A stretch of 62,406 bases of DNA, filler included, from Sphacelaria rigidula (Eukaryota): the NCBI GenBank assembly GCA_964200075.2. It is 7 parts of 7 records of this genome, joined end to end, with 100 filler letters (N's around TTAATTAATTAA, not from the genome) between each part and the next. Parts side by side here need not be neighbours in the genome. Positions count along the whole stretch, not along the records: positions 8,931 to 17,760 come from CAXNAA020010001.1; positions 17,861 to 26,690 come from CAXNAA020010002.1; 5 more parts are not named here. One strand, 5' to 3'. Position 1 is the stretch's first letter. The number at the start of each line of letters is the position of its first letter. This document shows, one piece after another, positions 13,224-26,262 of the stretch. The notes under the pieces were generated by a model. The model ran no database searches and was not told where the DNA came from. It saw nothing but the letters and a program-made list of their open reading frames with translations. Made by a program: the position numbers and the translations under genes.

Positions 13224-13340
13224 ATGGACTGCTTCGTGGGCTTCAAAGCGCACGAGTTCGATGCGCACGGTGGAAAGGCCAACTGCGTCGCCGTCGGCCC
13301 GCGATCCGGACAGGTCTTGGCCACTGGAGGAGATGACAAG
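13224..13340 (+). CDS. KATNB1: Katanin p80 WD40 subunit B1, first coding exon
   Basis: MDCFVGFKAHEFDAHGGKANCVAVGPRSGQVLATGGDDK followed by donor GTGAG; resembles the first WD40 repeat of katanin p80 (LATGGDD). No further exon recognised in this contig. Confidence 0.8.
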
Positions 13341-13816
13341 GTGAGCACAGCAAACAAAGAACTGCACACACGCTCGTACATGAGAGATTTACTGCACATT
13401 TTTCTGCCATTTGATTAATAAACACGTGCGTGTGAGACTGTCATACGTGTAAAACCTGTTCGCGGTCTTTAGTACCGTACTGTACTGTTGTTGTGCCCTC
13501 ACTTCTCTCGCCTCTTGTCTAACTTCCGAGTTACCGGCACGATGGTGCCGTGTGTTGGGCTTAGTATCCCGTTGCAATCAACACCATGAGCACACACAAA
13601 CACCAAAAATCAGAGTGTCCACTCTCTTCCCTCGACCACGACAAAATACTACTGCCGCACGCCTATTGCCTTATTCTTTCATATGTGTATTTGCTGGTAC
13701 GACACGCCTGCCCGCCAACCACCCGCGCGTCCTATCGCTGCCATTTCATCTGTTATGTACAACACTGTTCTCTTAGAATTGAGAGTCTGGGATACGATTA
13801 AGGTCGTGTCTTAGAT

Positions 13817-14295
13817 CGCTCTCTATAACAGACAGAAATAAAAACCTGGAAAATTGCTTTTTTGGAGTTTTTACGTCGTTTTACAGCAATAAAGATAGCT
13901 AGGCGGAGTTTGACACCTTGGCATGAAATGCTCTACTAGATGTAGCGGTTCCAGGGCACTTTCCCTTTTTCCGGCGGCCGCAGTTTTTATTTTGGCCAAA
14001 CAAGACCTTTTGTCCAAGAACGGTAAAAAACAGTCAAGTCCAGAGAAAAGTGGCAATTTTTTCTAGATATTACTGTTTTTTACCGTTCTTGGACAAAAAA
14101 AGATGGCCAAAATGAAAACTGCGGCCACCGGAAAACGGGAAGATGTCCTGCAACCGCCTCAACTAGTAGAGCAAGTCATTCCAAGTTATCAGACTGCGCC
14201 TAGCTCTCTTTTGGGTCGCAAAACGACGTAAAAGCTAAAAAAAGGCTCTTTTCCAGATTTATTTTTATTATTATTATTGTCTGTTATAAGGAGCG
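13817..14295. mobile_element. Foldback element / long-TIR MITE
   Basis: Arms ~13817-14035 and ~14071-14295 are imperfect reverse complements (e.g. TTGTCCAAGAACGGTAAAAAACAGT / ACTGTTTTTTACCGTTCTTGGACAA). Confidence 0.8.
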
Positions 14296-15738
14296 GCTTT
14301 ATCATGTTTTTTTTTCGACTCGAAAATATGCGGTGGAATCGGAATGGCCGTAACTAGCTCGTGTCCGATACGTCCACGACAGTTATGTTCTCAAGTGGCT
14401 TCAAGTTTATTTCAGAATTATATGCGCGCGACGGAAAGGGTGAAAAACAGAAAAACTTGGTTTTTTCGATCGTAAACACGCCGCGGAAAAGAACGAAGGG
14501 ACACATGAGTCCTGTCTTGTAGACAACCATGCCAGATGCCACCCTTCCAAAGAACCATGCAAACCCCACATGGTTCATTCGCAGCTACCGACACAACCCT
14601 GTAGCATAGATCACGAGTTGAGCACAGGGATACATACACTGCAATAGTAGGGAACCGATATCATCACCCTCTTGGCATAATGTGTTTATATTTTGCTGGC
14701 TAAAATCTGAGTATCTGATTTTGTGTTGGGGTCATGCGACGGAATTGCGTGTTGGGGTGGGCGACTGAATTGCGTACATGCTGATGGACGGTAGACGCAG
14801 GACAAATCTGCAAGTGGTTCAAATCGTCTTCACATCCTCCTATATGCGGAGACTACCCACAGCCCTGCGCTGTCTGTACTTCGCGTTGCCCGCTTCTTTT
14901 TCGCATCATGCCTGCATGCTGAACGAAAAACACACATTGACTGTGCAGACAGTACGGACAGCACTGCACTTTCTGTATTGAATACAAGTGAACGAGTACC
15001 GTTGCATGAAGTTCACTTTGACTTTTTCGATCGAAAGCGTGCGAATTCGCTCGGACCCCAACACAGCAAAACGAACTTAATCATTTCCGCCGCACAAACT
15101 CCTTCGAGTCCGAAAGAATATGATAAGACACGGCCTGAGAGCTAGAGGCGGTCAATTAACGAATGAAATAGTTTCACTTCCGATTTGCCCCTCTGGGCCC
15201 ATACGAGGCCTGACAGGCTTTCTGCAGTATTATAGCTTGCCACAAAACCTTTGATGTCCCTGAGAAGGATATCAACATGTAGCTGTGAGCACACGACAGT
15301 GTTGCAGGCAAAGAAAAGCACACACAAAGATGGAAAATTAGTCAAGTTAGAGCGAAAAAATATATCTCACTTTCAATCAACGGTAGACTCTCAATCTCAT
15401 AAGACATTGTTGCATAAGAAAAAGACCATCCCCCGAAAAACACGCGGAATTTTGTCGGCGGACCAAAATATCAGAACCCGAACCGGGGGCTAACGCGTTG
15501 ACCACGACGAGCTTGGGATGCACCGAAAAAAAGTCAAAACGAGCAGCTGTAGGAGGAGACATACACCAACAAGTAACACAAAAAAGTGGTTCGTTGACGC
15601 ACGTGGACTCCAATTTACAGCTGCATCGTGGTTAAGGACTAAACATCTCCCCGAGCCCAACAATATGCGCTGAATACTGGAAGCATCAGAGTATGTCCCA
15701 GTTCGACTACATCAATCCACTCGTGGTTGATGTTACAT

Positions 15739-15900
15739 GATTTGAGTGTAAATACCGAGATTCGGATTTTTAGTGGGGCTGACAGTCCCCGGTGCTCCTG
15801 GCGTGCGCAGGACGCATTTTGTCCAAAATGGACGCCGAAGGCGCCGATTTGAGGTCTGCCAACGCGCACTTTGCCTAGGGAACAACCTCGGCACTCCCAC
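15739..15900 (-). repeat. Dispersed repeat, inverted homolog of 46305-46460
   Basis: Shared sequence such as CCCTAGGCAAAGTGCGCGTTGGCAGACCTCAAATCGGCGCC versus CCCTAGGCAAGGTCCGCGTTGCCAAACCTCAAATTGGCGCC. Confidence 0.7.
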
Positions 15901-17292
15901 ACCAACGTACGGGATTTTTTTCGTACGGTCGTGCCGACCACACATACCATACCTAGAAGTATACAAGAACAGTTTTCGGAGCGGGGTAACGTGTATCGTC
16001 TGTGTGTACCTCTGAGGACTGTTTCTAGCTGTCAGATCAACTCTCTCTGAGACCCGAAGACTAAATCGTGGGAAATGAAGCGCGGCTCTCGGGTACGAAT
16101 ACGGTGAAGGCATCTTCCTCTCTGAGATAGAGGTGACGGACAAGACAAAACTTTATAAAAAAACATCTGGGCTCGCCGACACGAACAGAAATAGCGTGAA
16201 AGTTCCCGTGTTTCCCAACCGATAGGGTATCAGGATTGGGTTTTTGGTACTATACCTCACCCCCACGAACCCCGTATTTGGTTTCGATAAAAAAAAGTGA
16301 TTTTCTTCTTCGAACCCGTGAATATGTCGCCGCGATGAGCCAGCCGTGTGGGCCACGGGGGTCACGTGGAGGCATCGAGCGAAGATTTTGCCTTTGGACG
16401 GAACATATATCTGATGAAAAAATGTGCAGAGGGAAAACGAAGTCGGTTGGCCCGGAGAGGAGGTCCTACCATCTGACCCGCGATCACTTTCGGAAGAAAT
16501 AAGCGTTGTGGCCCTCGGGCGCGATCCTGTCGATACCTCGCTCTGTGTCGCCCGTGGATGGATGCGAACTCAGTTGAACGATCGTTGTCCACCTCGACAT
16601 GGATATCACCCACCCTGTCAGTGCACGTGCTGTGTGTGCTCTGCAGCTAATTTTTTTTCACATTAGGTTGCAGACTTGCTTACGTAGCAAGAACCCGTTG
16701 GTGACAGCATCGACATGTATGCACATCAATACACGCGCAGCACCTGCTCGTTCGAAAACTGTTATCTTCCCAGAGTATGCTCTGTGAAAACTGGGCATAT
16801 ACTCCCGCAGACGTGTCTCTGTCCACGTAGGCGTTTTCAAACTGCTGATGACACTTCGACATCTACTTATGAAGCAACATCTGTAAAAGATCTGAACACC
16901 GCCTCGCCACGCCCCGTCATTCCGTCTCTCGTCCGCGGCCAACGCGCTCCATAGTTTCGGACCTCGTGTTTTTTCTTGTGGTCGAATTTGCCGTCACAAG
17001 ACAGTGGAGATTGGCGTGGCCAGTAGCTTCAATGATTGATCGGTTGGTTGGTTGTCGTATCCACAAGATAAGACGTACGCACCAAAGGTGAAAAAAACGA
17101 AACGAAACACTCGCTAGGAAAGGATCGAACTCGAAAAATGGAAAATATGAAGCAGAGAGAGAATCTGAATGGCATACAGAACAGGCGGGGCAGACTGAAA
17201 AAATACGAGATGCATCTCAAAACAGAAGGACGACAAAAAAATGAAGAATAAGCACTTCATATTTTCCCCACGTTTTACTAGTATACTGGTCG

Positions 17293-17653
17293 GTCGCCCC
17301 GGTGGCTCAGCAGATAACCTCGAAACCCTCTGACGATTGGGTCGTGGGTTTGGATCTGGGTGCAGTCACACGATCTGTTTGTTTTTTTCTCACACCATGC
17401 CCAACAACAGTGGGGAGCGACTATGTCGTGAGCACACAAGGTTCGACTTTACGGTCGACGAGGGAAAGGGACCGCTGAACTCCTCTCGTGATAAAAAAAA
17501 TAAAGGCAAGCACCGCAGAAGGAAGGGGGATTACTAGAACAAAAAAATATAACAAGCTCCTGTGTTGGCCTTCCTCCTGTATGACCCCGGCTGATGCGCC
17601 CACATATACCGAAAGGTATAGACTGGGACTGGCGTCCAGATAGATGAGATGAC

Positions 17654-17718
<65 letters not shown>
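17293..17718 (+). mobile_element. tRNA-derived SINE, full length, with (CA)n tail
   Basis: Pol III A-box-like TGGCTCAGCAG, B-box-like GGTTTGGATC, a conserved body shared with 52686-53038, and a (CA)n tail. Confidence 0.8.
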
Positions 17719-17721
<3 letters not shown>

Positions 17722-17760
17722 CTATGGCGGCGGCGAGGCCCCGCCACGAGGGGTAAGCCC

Positions 17761-17860
17761 NNNNNNNNNNNNNNNNNNNNNNNNNNNNNNNNNNNNNNNN
17801 NNNNTTAATTAATTAANNNNNNNNNNNNNNNNNNNNNNNNNNNNNNNNNNNNNNNNNNNN
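17761..17860. other. Artificial contig linker
   Basis: N-TTAATTAATTAA-N, 100 bp. Confidence 0.97.
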
Positions 17861-18638
17861 GCCCACGTTTGGTTTTCGTGTATTGAAATTTGGTATGGGC
17901 GCTCTCTAAGGCAAATTCAACAAAAAAGAATGGGTCACGTTGATTTTTTACAATTTTTTTGACTGGTTTAGGGCGTTCTACTATGAAGACCATTTTTTCA
18001 CAAAAACGCCCTAACCTCTAATAGAGAAAAAAAATGAAGGCCCATTTTCTTTTCAATTCGGCACTCTTTTGTGGTTCTCCACACCAAAATTCGTCGCCAT
18101 CCGCTCAATGCATCGATCAGGAGTTTCATAGAGATCTTAGTATTGGCGCTATCTCCCTTAGGTATGTGAATTACCAGACATGGGGTTTGATCAACGAGAA
18201 GATATGGGCCCAAACTTTTGAGGTGATGGGCACCTTCCCCTTGATTGGACGATTAATACGATATGCGGATCACGGCCCAACTTGTCTGCGTCGAAGAGAT
18301 ATTGCTTTTAGAGCTTGAATCTGTTTTTAGGCTGGCCCAGCTCGCACTGTTTCGGTGATGTGGAGTTGTAGCGTCGTCCAATTTTCACTCATGACACGTA
18401 CGAAAGACCCAGGGAGCCTCGTGACGATTCCCCTTTTATATATTGTAGAAAAGTTTAGATCATCCTCAAACTTGGCAGTTCCGTAGATATTGATGCTCCA
18501 AATGGAGAGAAAAATCCGAAGTTTCTCCATTCTCTACTGGCTTCAGGGGGTCTTTAGTCCTTCATTTTTTCTGCGAACGTCCTGTCGCCCAAAACCCAAG
18601 GAAGAGTCCCACAAAGTTTCATGGGCAAACTCTATCAA

Positions 18639-18741
18639 CCCCTAGACCGCGGTGCGGGTATCCGTATCTGGATCATGCACACTTCTTTCAAGTGAAAATT
18701 GATGCCGATTCAGCAGGTGGCCTACCCTCGCGGTCAAAGGG
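18639..18741. mobile_element. ~100-bp piggyBac-like MITE, copy 2
   Basis: TCAA|CCCCTAGACCGCG ... CGCGGTCAAAGGG|TTAA: short TIRs with a near-TTAA/TTAA flank. Confidence 0.6.
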
Positions 18742-19071
18742 TTAACTGGTGCTTGGATTTTCATGCCCACGTCAAAAAGGCACAAAACGCCATTTTCATA
18801 CCAAAGTCTAGTAGTTTGCGGTTTCACCGTGGCACGGCATGGTTCATCACACAGACGCGAAAATTTCAAGCCACTTTAAGGAGTTAGACCCAGGGATCTG
18901 TCGGGAAAAGATTTTTGAACACGCCCCCCCCCCCCCCCCTTCCGGAGGGCAAGTTTAAAAAAAATGTCATGATCTTGGTTTTTTTTGTCAACCCTTGATT
19001 AAGGAATGGACAAGGAACACTGCCAAAGACCGGAAAGTCTGGTGGGCTTTGCGAGGTTTGTACAGGCTTGT

Positions 19072-19378
19072 TCAGGCCCATCACCCCAAAAACACTCATC
19101 GGCGAAACTTCACGCCGTTTTCAGGAGTTAGAGCCTGAAATTTTGCACAGATCCTTTATGGCGCCTTACGCAACTTTTTTTAGGTCAAGGTGTTTAGACT
19201 TTTCGATTTTTTAACGTTTTTCGGAGGTCCCAGTTTTTTCCGGGAAACATCGATCTAATGGGACCCCCGTGAAACGGTAAAGAAAAAAAACTCAAAGAAC
19301 CTCGTTCCCCCAAAGTTGCGTAATGATCCATAGCAGATTCGTGCAAAATTTCAGGGTCCAAGGCCGGATGTTACGGCA
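19072..19378. repeat. Palindromic repeat (foldback/MITE family)
   Basis: CCTGAAATTTTGCAC...TTACGCAACTTT is inverted against AAAGTTGCGTAA...GTGCAAAATTTCAGGG. A second copy lies at 20435-20650. Confidence 0.65.
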
Positions 19379-19612
19379 AACAGATTTTTGGCCCACAGAT
19401 TGTTCACTTTTGGGACGTTTGACCCACCTTTTTTTGACCCCGAAGCCAAGAAAACCGCCAACACACGTCTCGGACACCTTTCTTCACCACACAGAGAGAA
19501 GCCTAGTCTGCTCTTCAGATTCGCTTGGCTCCAAGGTTTCAAGATTGGCCGCTGAACAAAGATCCGTGCGCAAAAATCTCTTCTTGCCGACCCCCGCCAG
19601 TTTGCCCAAATG

Positions 19613-19740
19613 AGGGGGAGGGGGGGGGGCGTACTCATTTGATACTTGCCTTAGTCGTTTGACCATTGACCACGCATCCCTTTCGAGACGGAGCACCGTT
19701 CCTACTCCTAATAGAGGCACCTCCAACATTCTGGCGCCGC
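19613..19740 (+). repeat. Dispersed repeat beginning G-run-CGTACTCATTTG
   Basis: Homologous copies at 26468-26595 (+), 26623-26690 (+), 8931-8975 (-) and ~45900-45975 (-). Confidence 0.75.
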
Positions 19741-20231
19741 CAAATGACGGGGTTGGGGGGAAGAGAACCCAGTCTGATGTCCTCAAGTTGATACCGGAGG
19801 CGTTGGCTGATGCGGTCAGATACCGTTTACAGAGAACCTTGGCATGGAGATCGCTGAGATGGCGGACACGCAGCCCCGCCCAAGCTCATCTTCAGATGGA
19901 TCACTTACCTTGAATACATTTATGGCATCATGTTTGGCGAGGCGTGATATAATGTTGCTACTATGGCTACAGGCTATCGCTACCGTGCGCTCGTATGCTT
20001 ACATGTGTGTGAGCGTGGCCGACATCCGAGGTCAGTGGGATAGAGCGGGCAAGAAGCACAAGCAAACGTAGAAATGTTTTCGTGAGATTGAGAGCAGAGG
20101 ATACGGTTGAGAGTGAAAAGCGGGCAATTGGTGAATGAAGAATTTCAGTTCCGAAATGCCCTTTTACGAGGCCCGATATTCTTTCTGTAGTAGCTTGCCA
20201 CTGAGGAGCTTGATATCCCTCAGAAGGATAT

Positions 20232-20410
20232 AGGGGTTCAGCAGTCCCTTTCCCTCGTCGACCGTCAAGTCGGATTTCGTGTACCCACGACATAGTCGCC
20301 CTCCACTGTTGGGCATGGTGTGAGAAAGAAAAACAGATCGCTCCGAGATGTGAACCCACTACCCAACCGTCATAAGGTTTCGAGGTTATCAACTGAGCCA
20401 CCGGGGCGAC
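20232..20410 (-). mobile_element. tRNA-derived SINE, 5' half
   Basis: Reverse complement begins GTCGCCCCGGTGGCTCAGTTGATAACCTCGAAACC, as at 17293. Confidence 0.8.
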
Positions 20411-20434
20411 CGGCTTATGAATGCGCCATGTGTA

Positions 20435-20650
20435 ATTACGCAACCTTGGGTAAACGAGTTTTTTCATGTTTCTTTTGTTTCACCGTTTCACGGAGTCCGA
20501 CAGGATGGAGTTCCCCCCGACAAACGGTGAAAACAGGAAAAAGTAAAACAAACTCGACCATTGAAAGTTGCGTAATGGCCCATAACGAATTTGTGCAAAA
20601 TTTCAGAGTCCAACTCCTTGAAACGGCGTGAAGTTTTGCCGATGAGTGTG
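20435..20650. repeat. Second copy of the palindromic repeat family
   Basis: 20580-20650 is the reverse complement of 19072-19150. Confidence 0.6.
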
Positions 20651-21029
20651 TGTTGGCTCTTTTCCGTGAACCAGCCTGTAGCACGAGCATGTTGCTCCCC
20701 AGGACCACCGTTATCACTAGGTGGATCCAGCGATGCTTCCGACTCAAATACTTCGTCGAAACACGTTGGGGGTGACTTCAACGTCATTGCGAGATCTGTG
20801 TCATACCACAGATGGAAAAAAGACGAAAAACCCATGAAGCACACCGCCTCAGACGGACCGGCCGACACTCGCTCGCCATAAAAAAGGGGAATAACGACGA
20901 TTGGCTCCAGAGGAAAACACTAGAATGAAAAATATTGGACACACATGGGTACCATTGGAAACGAACGGGCGTCATGTTCGAGCAGCGGCACTCGAAGATC
21001 ATTGTCAGAGCAGCAGAACTCGAAGATGA

Positions 21030-24000
21030 TTATGTGCTTTCCTCCGCTCGTGATACCGCGTCAAAGCCCAGTAGCTTTTGCAGTTCGCCGTTACCGTTCG
21101 CTGCGGCTGTTGCGAATGCGCTCGCCAGCAGCATCGGGTTTAAATACAGCAACGCTGCGAGAGAGACGCGGATAGGAAGAAAAAGGGACGACAGGGTCAA
21201 GAAAAATAAGGAAATGCCGTGAAGTTGGCAACACATACTGAATGAACAAGTAATTTCACAGTGTAGGACACCAACGTCAACGATGGAAATTCCCAAATCG
21301 TTTGCTATGAACAGCAACGGGTTAAACGCGAGGCGGCAGCGCTGGTAGTCTTTGAATTTCCCGTGTCGGTCCCTTGCACTTGTTTTTTTCCTTCACGCTC
21401 TGAACCTCTTCTCTCCCTCGGGACGAATCCGTGGTCTGGAGGGATCCGTCCGTCTCTCCCTGGTTCACGCCTTGCATATTGGTCACGCGGATTGGATCGT
21501 GACCACCAGCACCGGCGCATCGCGTCCACTCTCGTCAAACAAACTCAGTCGAGTACCTTTTTGTCCACCCACGTACACTCGCTTCCGACGGTAGAAAACA
21601 GATCCTTCAGGGGAAAAAAAAGCAGTGCGCCTTGCAGGAATCAAACCCACGTTCTCTCCTCCCTACAAATGTCAGTCGTGCCATACGACCACCGGGCCGC
21701 GACGGCAACCCCTACGCTACGAATTTCATGTACTACTGTTTTGTCCTGCCGGTACTGTGCGGTTGAAAACTTTGCTTGTTTTTTCTTTCCACCGTCTCCA
21801 AAATATGGATTTGTCATACTCGCACAGGCGTGAGGGATTCAACATGGCACGCCCTGTCGGGCACTTGTAGGTATCTTTTTCACGTGCCTAGGGGTGTCAT
21901 ATATATCGGTTGGGGCACCACATCCTCCTGCCCCCACTTGTTCTGACCTCATGGACAATATTTACGTACTACTGTCCGAAAAACAATTATGAAGCAATAT
22001 CAAGGTCCTCTAAAGCCGCTCATTAGCTACAGAATTTTTCAAACGCACTCAGACAACTGGCTTGGTGAGCTGATCTTTTTCGACCCCCTTCCCCCCCATA
22101 GAATGCGCGGCGCAATCTCGGACCCTTCGAAAGCCCGCCGCCTCATGGGTGCTTTTTTATATCACGACGTCAGTTCGACTTTTCTGACTCGCAGTCAACT
22201 TGTACCAGAGGCTCGCGAACGGTGTTAATCCTTGCTGGGACTCTAGAAACTTACTTTCAAGACGTGAACCAACTTCAGGTTGACACGTCTTACCGCACCT
22301 GGCAGCCTAATTTACTTCGAGTTAGACCACCTCCTTCTTCCCCCCCCCACCTCCTACAGGCCAAGGGTTATGCGCAAAGGGTTGGCGAAGTCACAGTAGT
22401 GTTTATGCCGTAATACAATGTGCGTGTAGAAATGTGATGAGTCTCCTGAACTTCCTCTTTACCTGTCTATTATTTTCTCGTGAACCAAAACATTGGTAAC
22501 AACTTGTGCTTAAAAATCTGCCATCAACTTCGTAATAGTGATATGGGCGACATTATCGCAGAGGAACAACAACGAGGCTGAGCAACATCAAAACTGACAA
22601 CGGCTACCCACACATTTTTCTATAGCAGTGTATTAACACGGTAGCTGGCTGCAGTGTCCAACTTCTTCTCTCCTAGCCGCATCCATACCATGGAAAACAC
22701 CACAGCTGTGATCCGGTTTATTTCGTCCAGTGGTATAACACGCTCGAGGTAAGCATGCCCGGTTGTGTTAGATGTATGCCAATCGTCAATTGCCGCATTC
22801 AACTTCCACCCTATCAAGCTTCAAATTTAATCATCTTAGATCCCGAGTGCAGCACATCAGCTTCGTGAGCACGGTCGCGTCAGATGACCGCGGTGTACAA
22901 GGTTGCAGAAAAAAAAAACACTCGCATACTGTTACTGCCCTTGCGCAGCCATGGGCGTCGGTGGATGATGACACATAGAGACATCTAATCCGGGAGTGAG
23001 AGCACCTTCTGGAGAGGGGATCACACGTGAATAAGAACGGAAACCTTGCACGAACGATGCACACCTGGCTGCCCCGACTTGGAGATGAGATTCACCGCAA
23101 AACACAGTGACAGCCCCAAAGCATACGCCGTGATGCTGCTGTCAAAGTAAGATTGCCCCGCATCCTCCGAAATCTCCGTAGATGATACCCCTCCCACAGG
23201 TGACCCCGCAACCCCTCCACCTCGCGGGGCAGATTTAGCTGAAATGGCAGCCACCCGTCCTCCGCCTGCCCTATCGGAAGTTTTGCCTATCGATGCACTC
23301 TTGTCATCTTTCCCCAATATGGATTCTAGCCATAGTGCTACAGGGTTTTTGTTGTTGGCTTGCTCTGCGAGGGCCCTTGCTGCGGCCGCTTCAGCTTGCC
23401 GTACCCCCTCGAGGTGCTGGTCGAACGCCCTGTTGGGAAGAAATACCGAATGAAAACGGGCAACCGTTTTGTCATGTATATCCACACGACTTGTTCGGAG
23501 CACAGCAAAATAATGTGTTCTTGAAACGATCGATAGTGGCTGCTTCCTGCCTCGCGATGCAGCCCACGCGACAACTTATTTTTGAGGGCTTTGCAAGGAC
23601 GTATAGAACACTGATCAAGTTCGTCAGTATGGATAAAGACAGTTTTTCATGCGGCCTATTCTGCTAATGCTGCTTATGGTGACCTCTCGTTTTTGCCTCG
23701 AAAATGGTGGGGGAACAACGTGCGTTCGAACGTGGCTAGACCGCGACCAAGATGTTGAAGGTTCAAGTGAACACTTTTACAAACACAAGAAACAATCTCA
23801 ACTTCGGCGAAATTTACCTTACTCAGCGCTACATGTCATCATCCACATGACGAAATTTGAAATTTGCACCGTTGAGCTACACTGTGCAAACGTGTTAGGT
23901 TCGCTTACATAGCGGTGTCCGGCGAGGGAAAACAGCGCGAACGCAGACATACCTCATGAGCGAGCAAAAAGTGGCTGGAATAACGATGTCTCCCAGGCCC

Positions 24001-26262
24001 AGCACGGAAAACGGGTAAGCTCTTGCTGGGTCGGTGAAGCTGGGGAACAGGAACTTCACGGGGGCCTCAATTCGAGTCGCCACGGTCATCTAGAGGTCCA
24101 AAAGCAAGAGAGTCGGGCATACTAAAAGCAGAGCGGATGCGCTCACGCAAAGAATTCAGCGTATATAACAAAAAGCACGAAACAAGACGAGACGAGAAGA
24201 AGTGCCTACCACGTCGACACAAACACGGCACTTGAGCATGACACGTCGGAGCACCCTTAGTCACTGTGCCCTCAATAGGCAGGCTACGTTCGAAAGTACT
24301 TGACCATCGAGACGGCACCAAACGGGTTCGTGGTTGCCCCACGGAAGCGCGACGTCGATACGCCGGGGAACAGTGATCCGGCGACATAACCTCAGTCAGG
24401 TATGTCACCACCAACCCACAAGGGGACATGCAACACCTCACCCCCGTATGATCGGCAGGAATGATCGGATCGAAGAGCCAATGGCGAGGCACAACCGGGG
24501 CGAGGAGAATGATGAGATATGAGAAAGCTTCCCGTTTCTCACCATGACTTCGGTGCCGAACACCCAGAATATGTCGTAGAAAAACAACCCCGCCAGGAAC
24601 ACGGCCGCTGTGCTGAAGCTTGAGATGCTAATTATTCCGATGGCCTGGGTGTTCAAAATATACAAGAAATGACATTGAAACGGGGCTCAGTATGGGGTGT
24701 AATAAATTATGCATGCGTATGCTACCATGAACGGAAATGATGCACGATGGCTTCAAAGTTACAACACGACTACTGATCGTCAATTCGGCATGCTTTCAGA
24801 GCGGGCGTGGCCCTTCTGTTGGGATTGATTCGACCATATACCATAAACAATACGTAGCTAGCGTTGTACGAGACGTGTGTATCGTGCCAACTGAGTGAGC
24901 GTACAGCGCTTGGACGATCTAGCACCACGTCCGCCCAGTGCAATGCGCACGACGGCGGCCAATTGTTAGGTCCTACACCACAGCCGTGGGTTGCCGAACG
25001 TGCTGCCGACCCTTCCCTTCGTGGCGACCCATCTAAAAGTGGTCCCACTCATCGCTTGGAGGCAGCTGAGCACATCATGTGAAGAAGGTTGACTTGTACC
25101 TTATCGTAGCGCGTGTTTTGCTACTCTATGTGGAGGCCACACGCATTTCTGTACTGGTCATACATTTGTACATCCAATGACGCTGTTGTTGTGGCGTCAG
25201 CGCACAAGAAGGAGCGTTTCACTGCACCTGCATTCCGATGCACCACGCGAAAACATTGGGGATCAGGAACTTCGCGTTCAGAGCGACGTCCGGGTTCAAA
25301 TCTGCAGATGCCGAAAAATCCAATGGACACACACGTACAGACGAAAAGAACGCCGCGTGAAAAGAGTAAGCAAGGCGGTGGGCAGCACGCACAGCACAAC
25401 TCATCGTACCGTGGCGGCAGTCTTATGTGTTGCCGTCCCATCTATTCTGGACGCCGGTCTACCTTTCGGTATATGTGGGCACACCAGCCGGGGTCGTCAG
25501 TTCAAACATCTAAAACTTCACAGCTTTTCTTGCCTCCGCGAAAAACTCGCACAGAAATCCACGTCGGATACGACGGCACACGCGCGTTTTTTTCCTTCAT
25601 TTTTTTCGTGAACAGGAAGGAGGAAACCTCACCCCCAACATTAACCCCGCGAACGACTTCGTGTGCCGATTACTCGGAGCCTCGGGTAGACCGCCTCACG
25701 GCAGTCATGTGGGGTAGGGGCCTCGAGCGTTCGGACAGCTTTGCTCAAGACAATCTGGGGGTTGAAGGCACGAAAATCCTCCGTAAACTTGGCGTAGTGC
25801 AAGTAGTGCACGCGCCTCCCTACTCGTACGCACGTGTAAAGGGTTTGACCAGTGCAAGAAACAGGGGTGGCACTGTTATCGTCCGCAGCGACATTTATCT
25901 AGCGCGGTTTGGGAAATAACGGCGGTATTCACATACAGCAGTAGCTCGTGATGATAGATGTTGAGAACACCGAAGTTCCCATCCGCCGCGATAGAGTCAG
26001 CGAGTAATGATTCGTGCACAAGAGTAGTAATAACGATATTCTAGGGTATTTGCCTAAGGGTAACGGAAGAGAGACGCTACAACAGCTCACATGGAACACC
26101 ACATCGCAAAATGCCTTACTCAGAAAGAACAATACAATGCCCTACATTAGTCGCATGCGAAGACATCGTACTGTTTTACTCACATACTGCGGCCGCGCTA
26201 AAAGCAGAGACCAACACCACCAACTCGGAAAAATCCAAGAACGGGGCGTCATCGCCGTCCTT
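21030..26262 (-). CDS. Signal peptide peptidase (peptidase A22B, GxGD intramembrane aspartyl protease), 3' part
   Basis: Exons 26184-26262, 25228-25301, 24543-24644 (LAGLFFYDIFWVFGT, YD motif), 23953-24089 (FSVLGLGDIVIP, GxGD), 23065-23429 (..KSGQP) and 21030-21154 (ALLYLNP..stop; QPALLY motif). All junctions are GT-AG and phase-consistent. Confidence 0.93.
25427..25495 (-). mobile_element. SINE 3' fragment
   Basis: Reverse complement of GACCCCGGCTGGTGTGCCCACATATACCGAAAGGTAGAC...CAGAATAGATGGGACGGCAACAC. Confidence 0.65.

Noticed and set aside
17293..17365. tRNA-like A and B boxes
   Set aside because: No complete cloverleaf; the segment is the head of a multi-copy SINE.
25113..25919. 268-aa plus-strand ORF
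   Set aside because: No recognisable motif; antisense to a signal peptide peptidase exon and runs through a SINE fragment.
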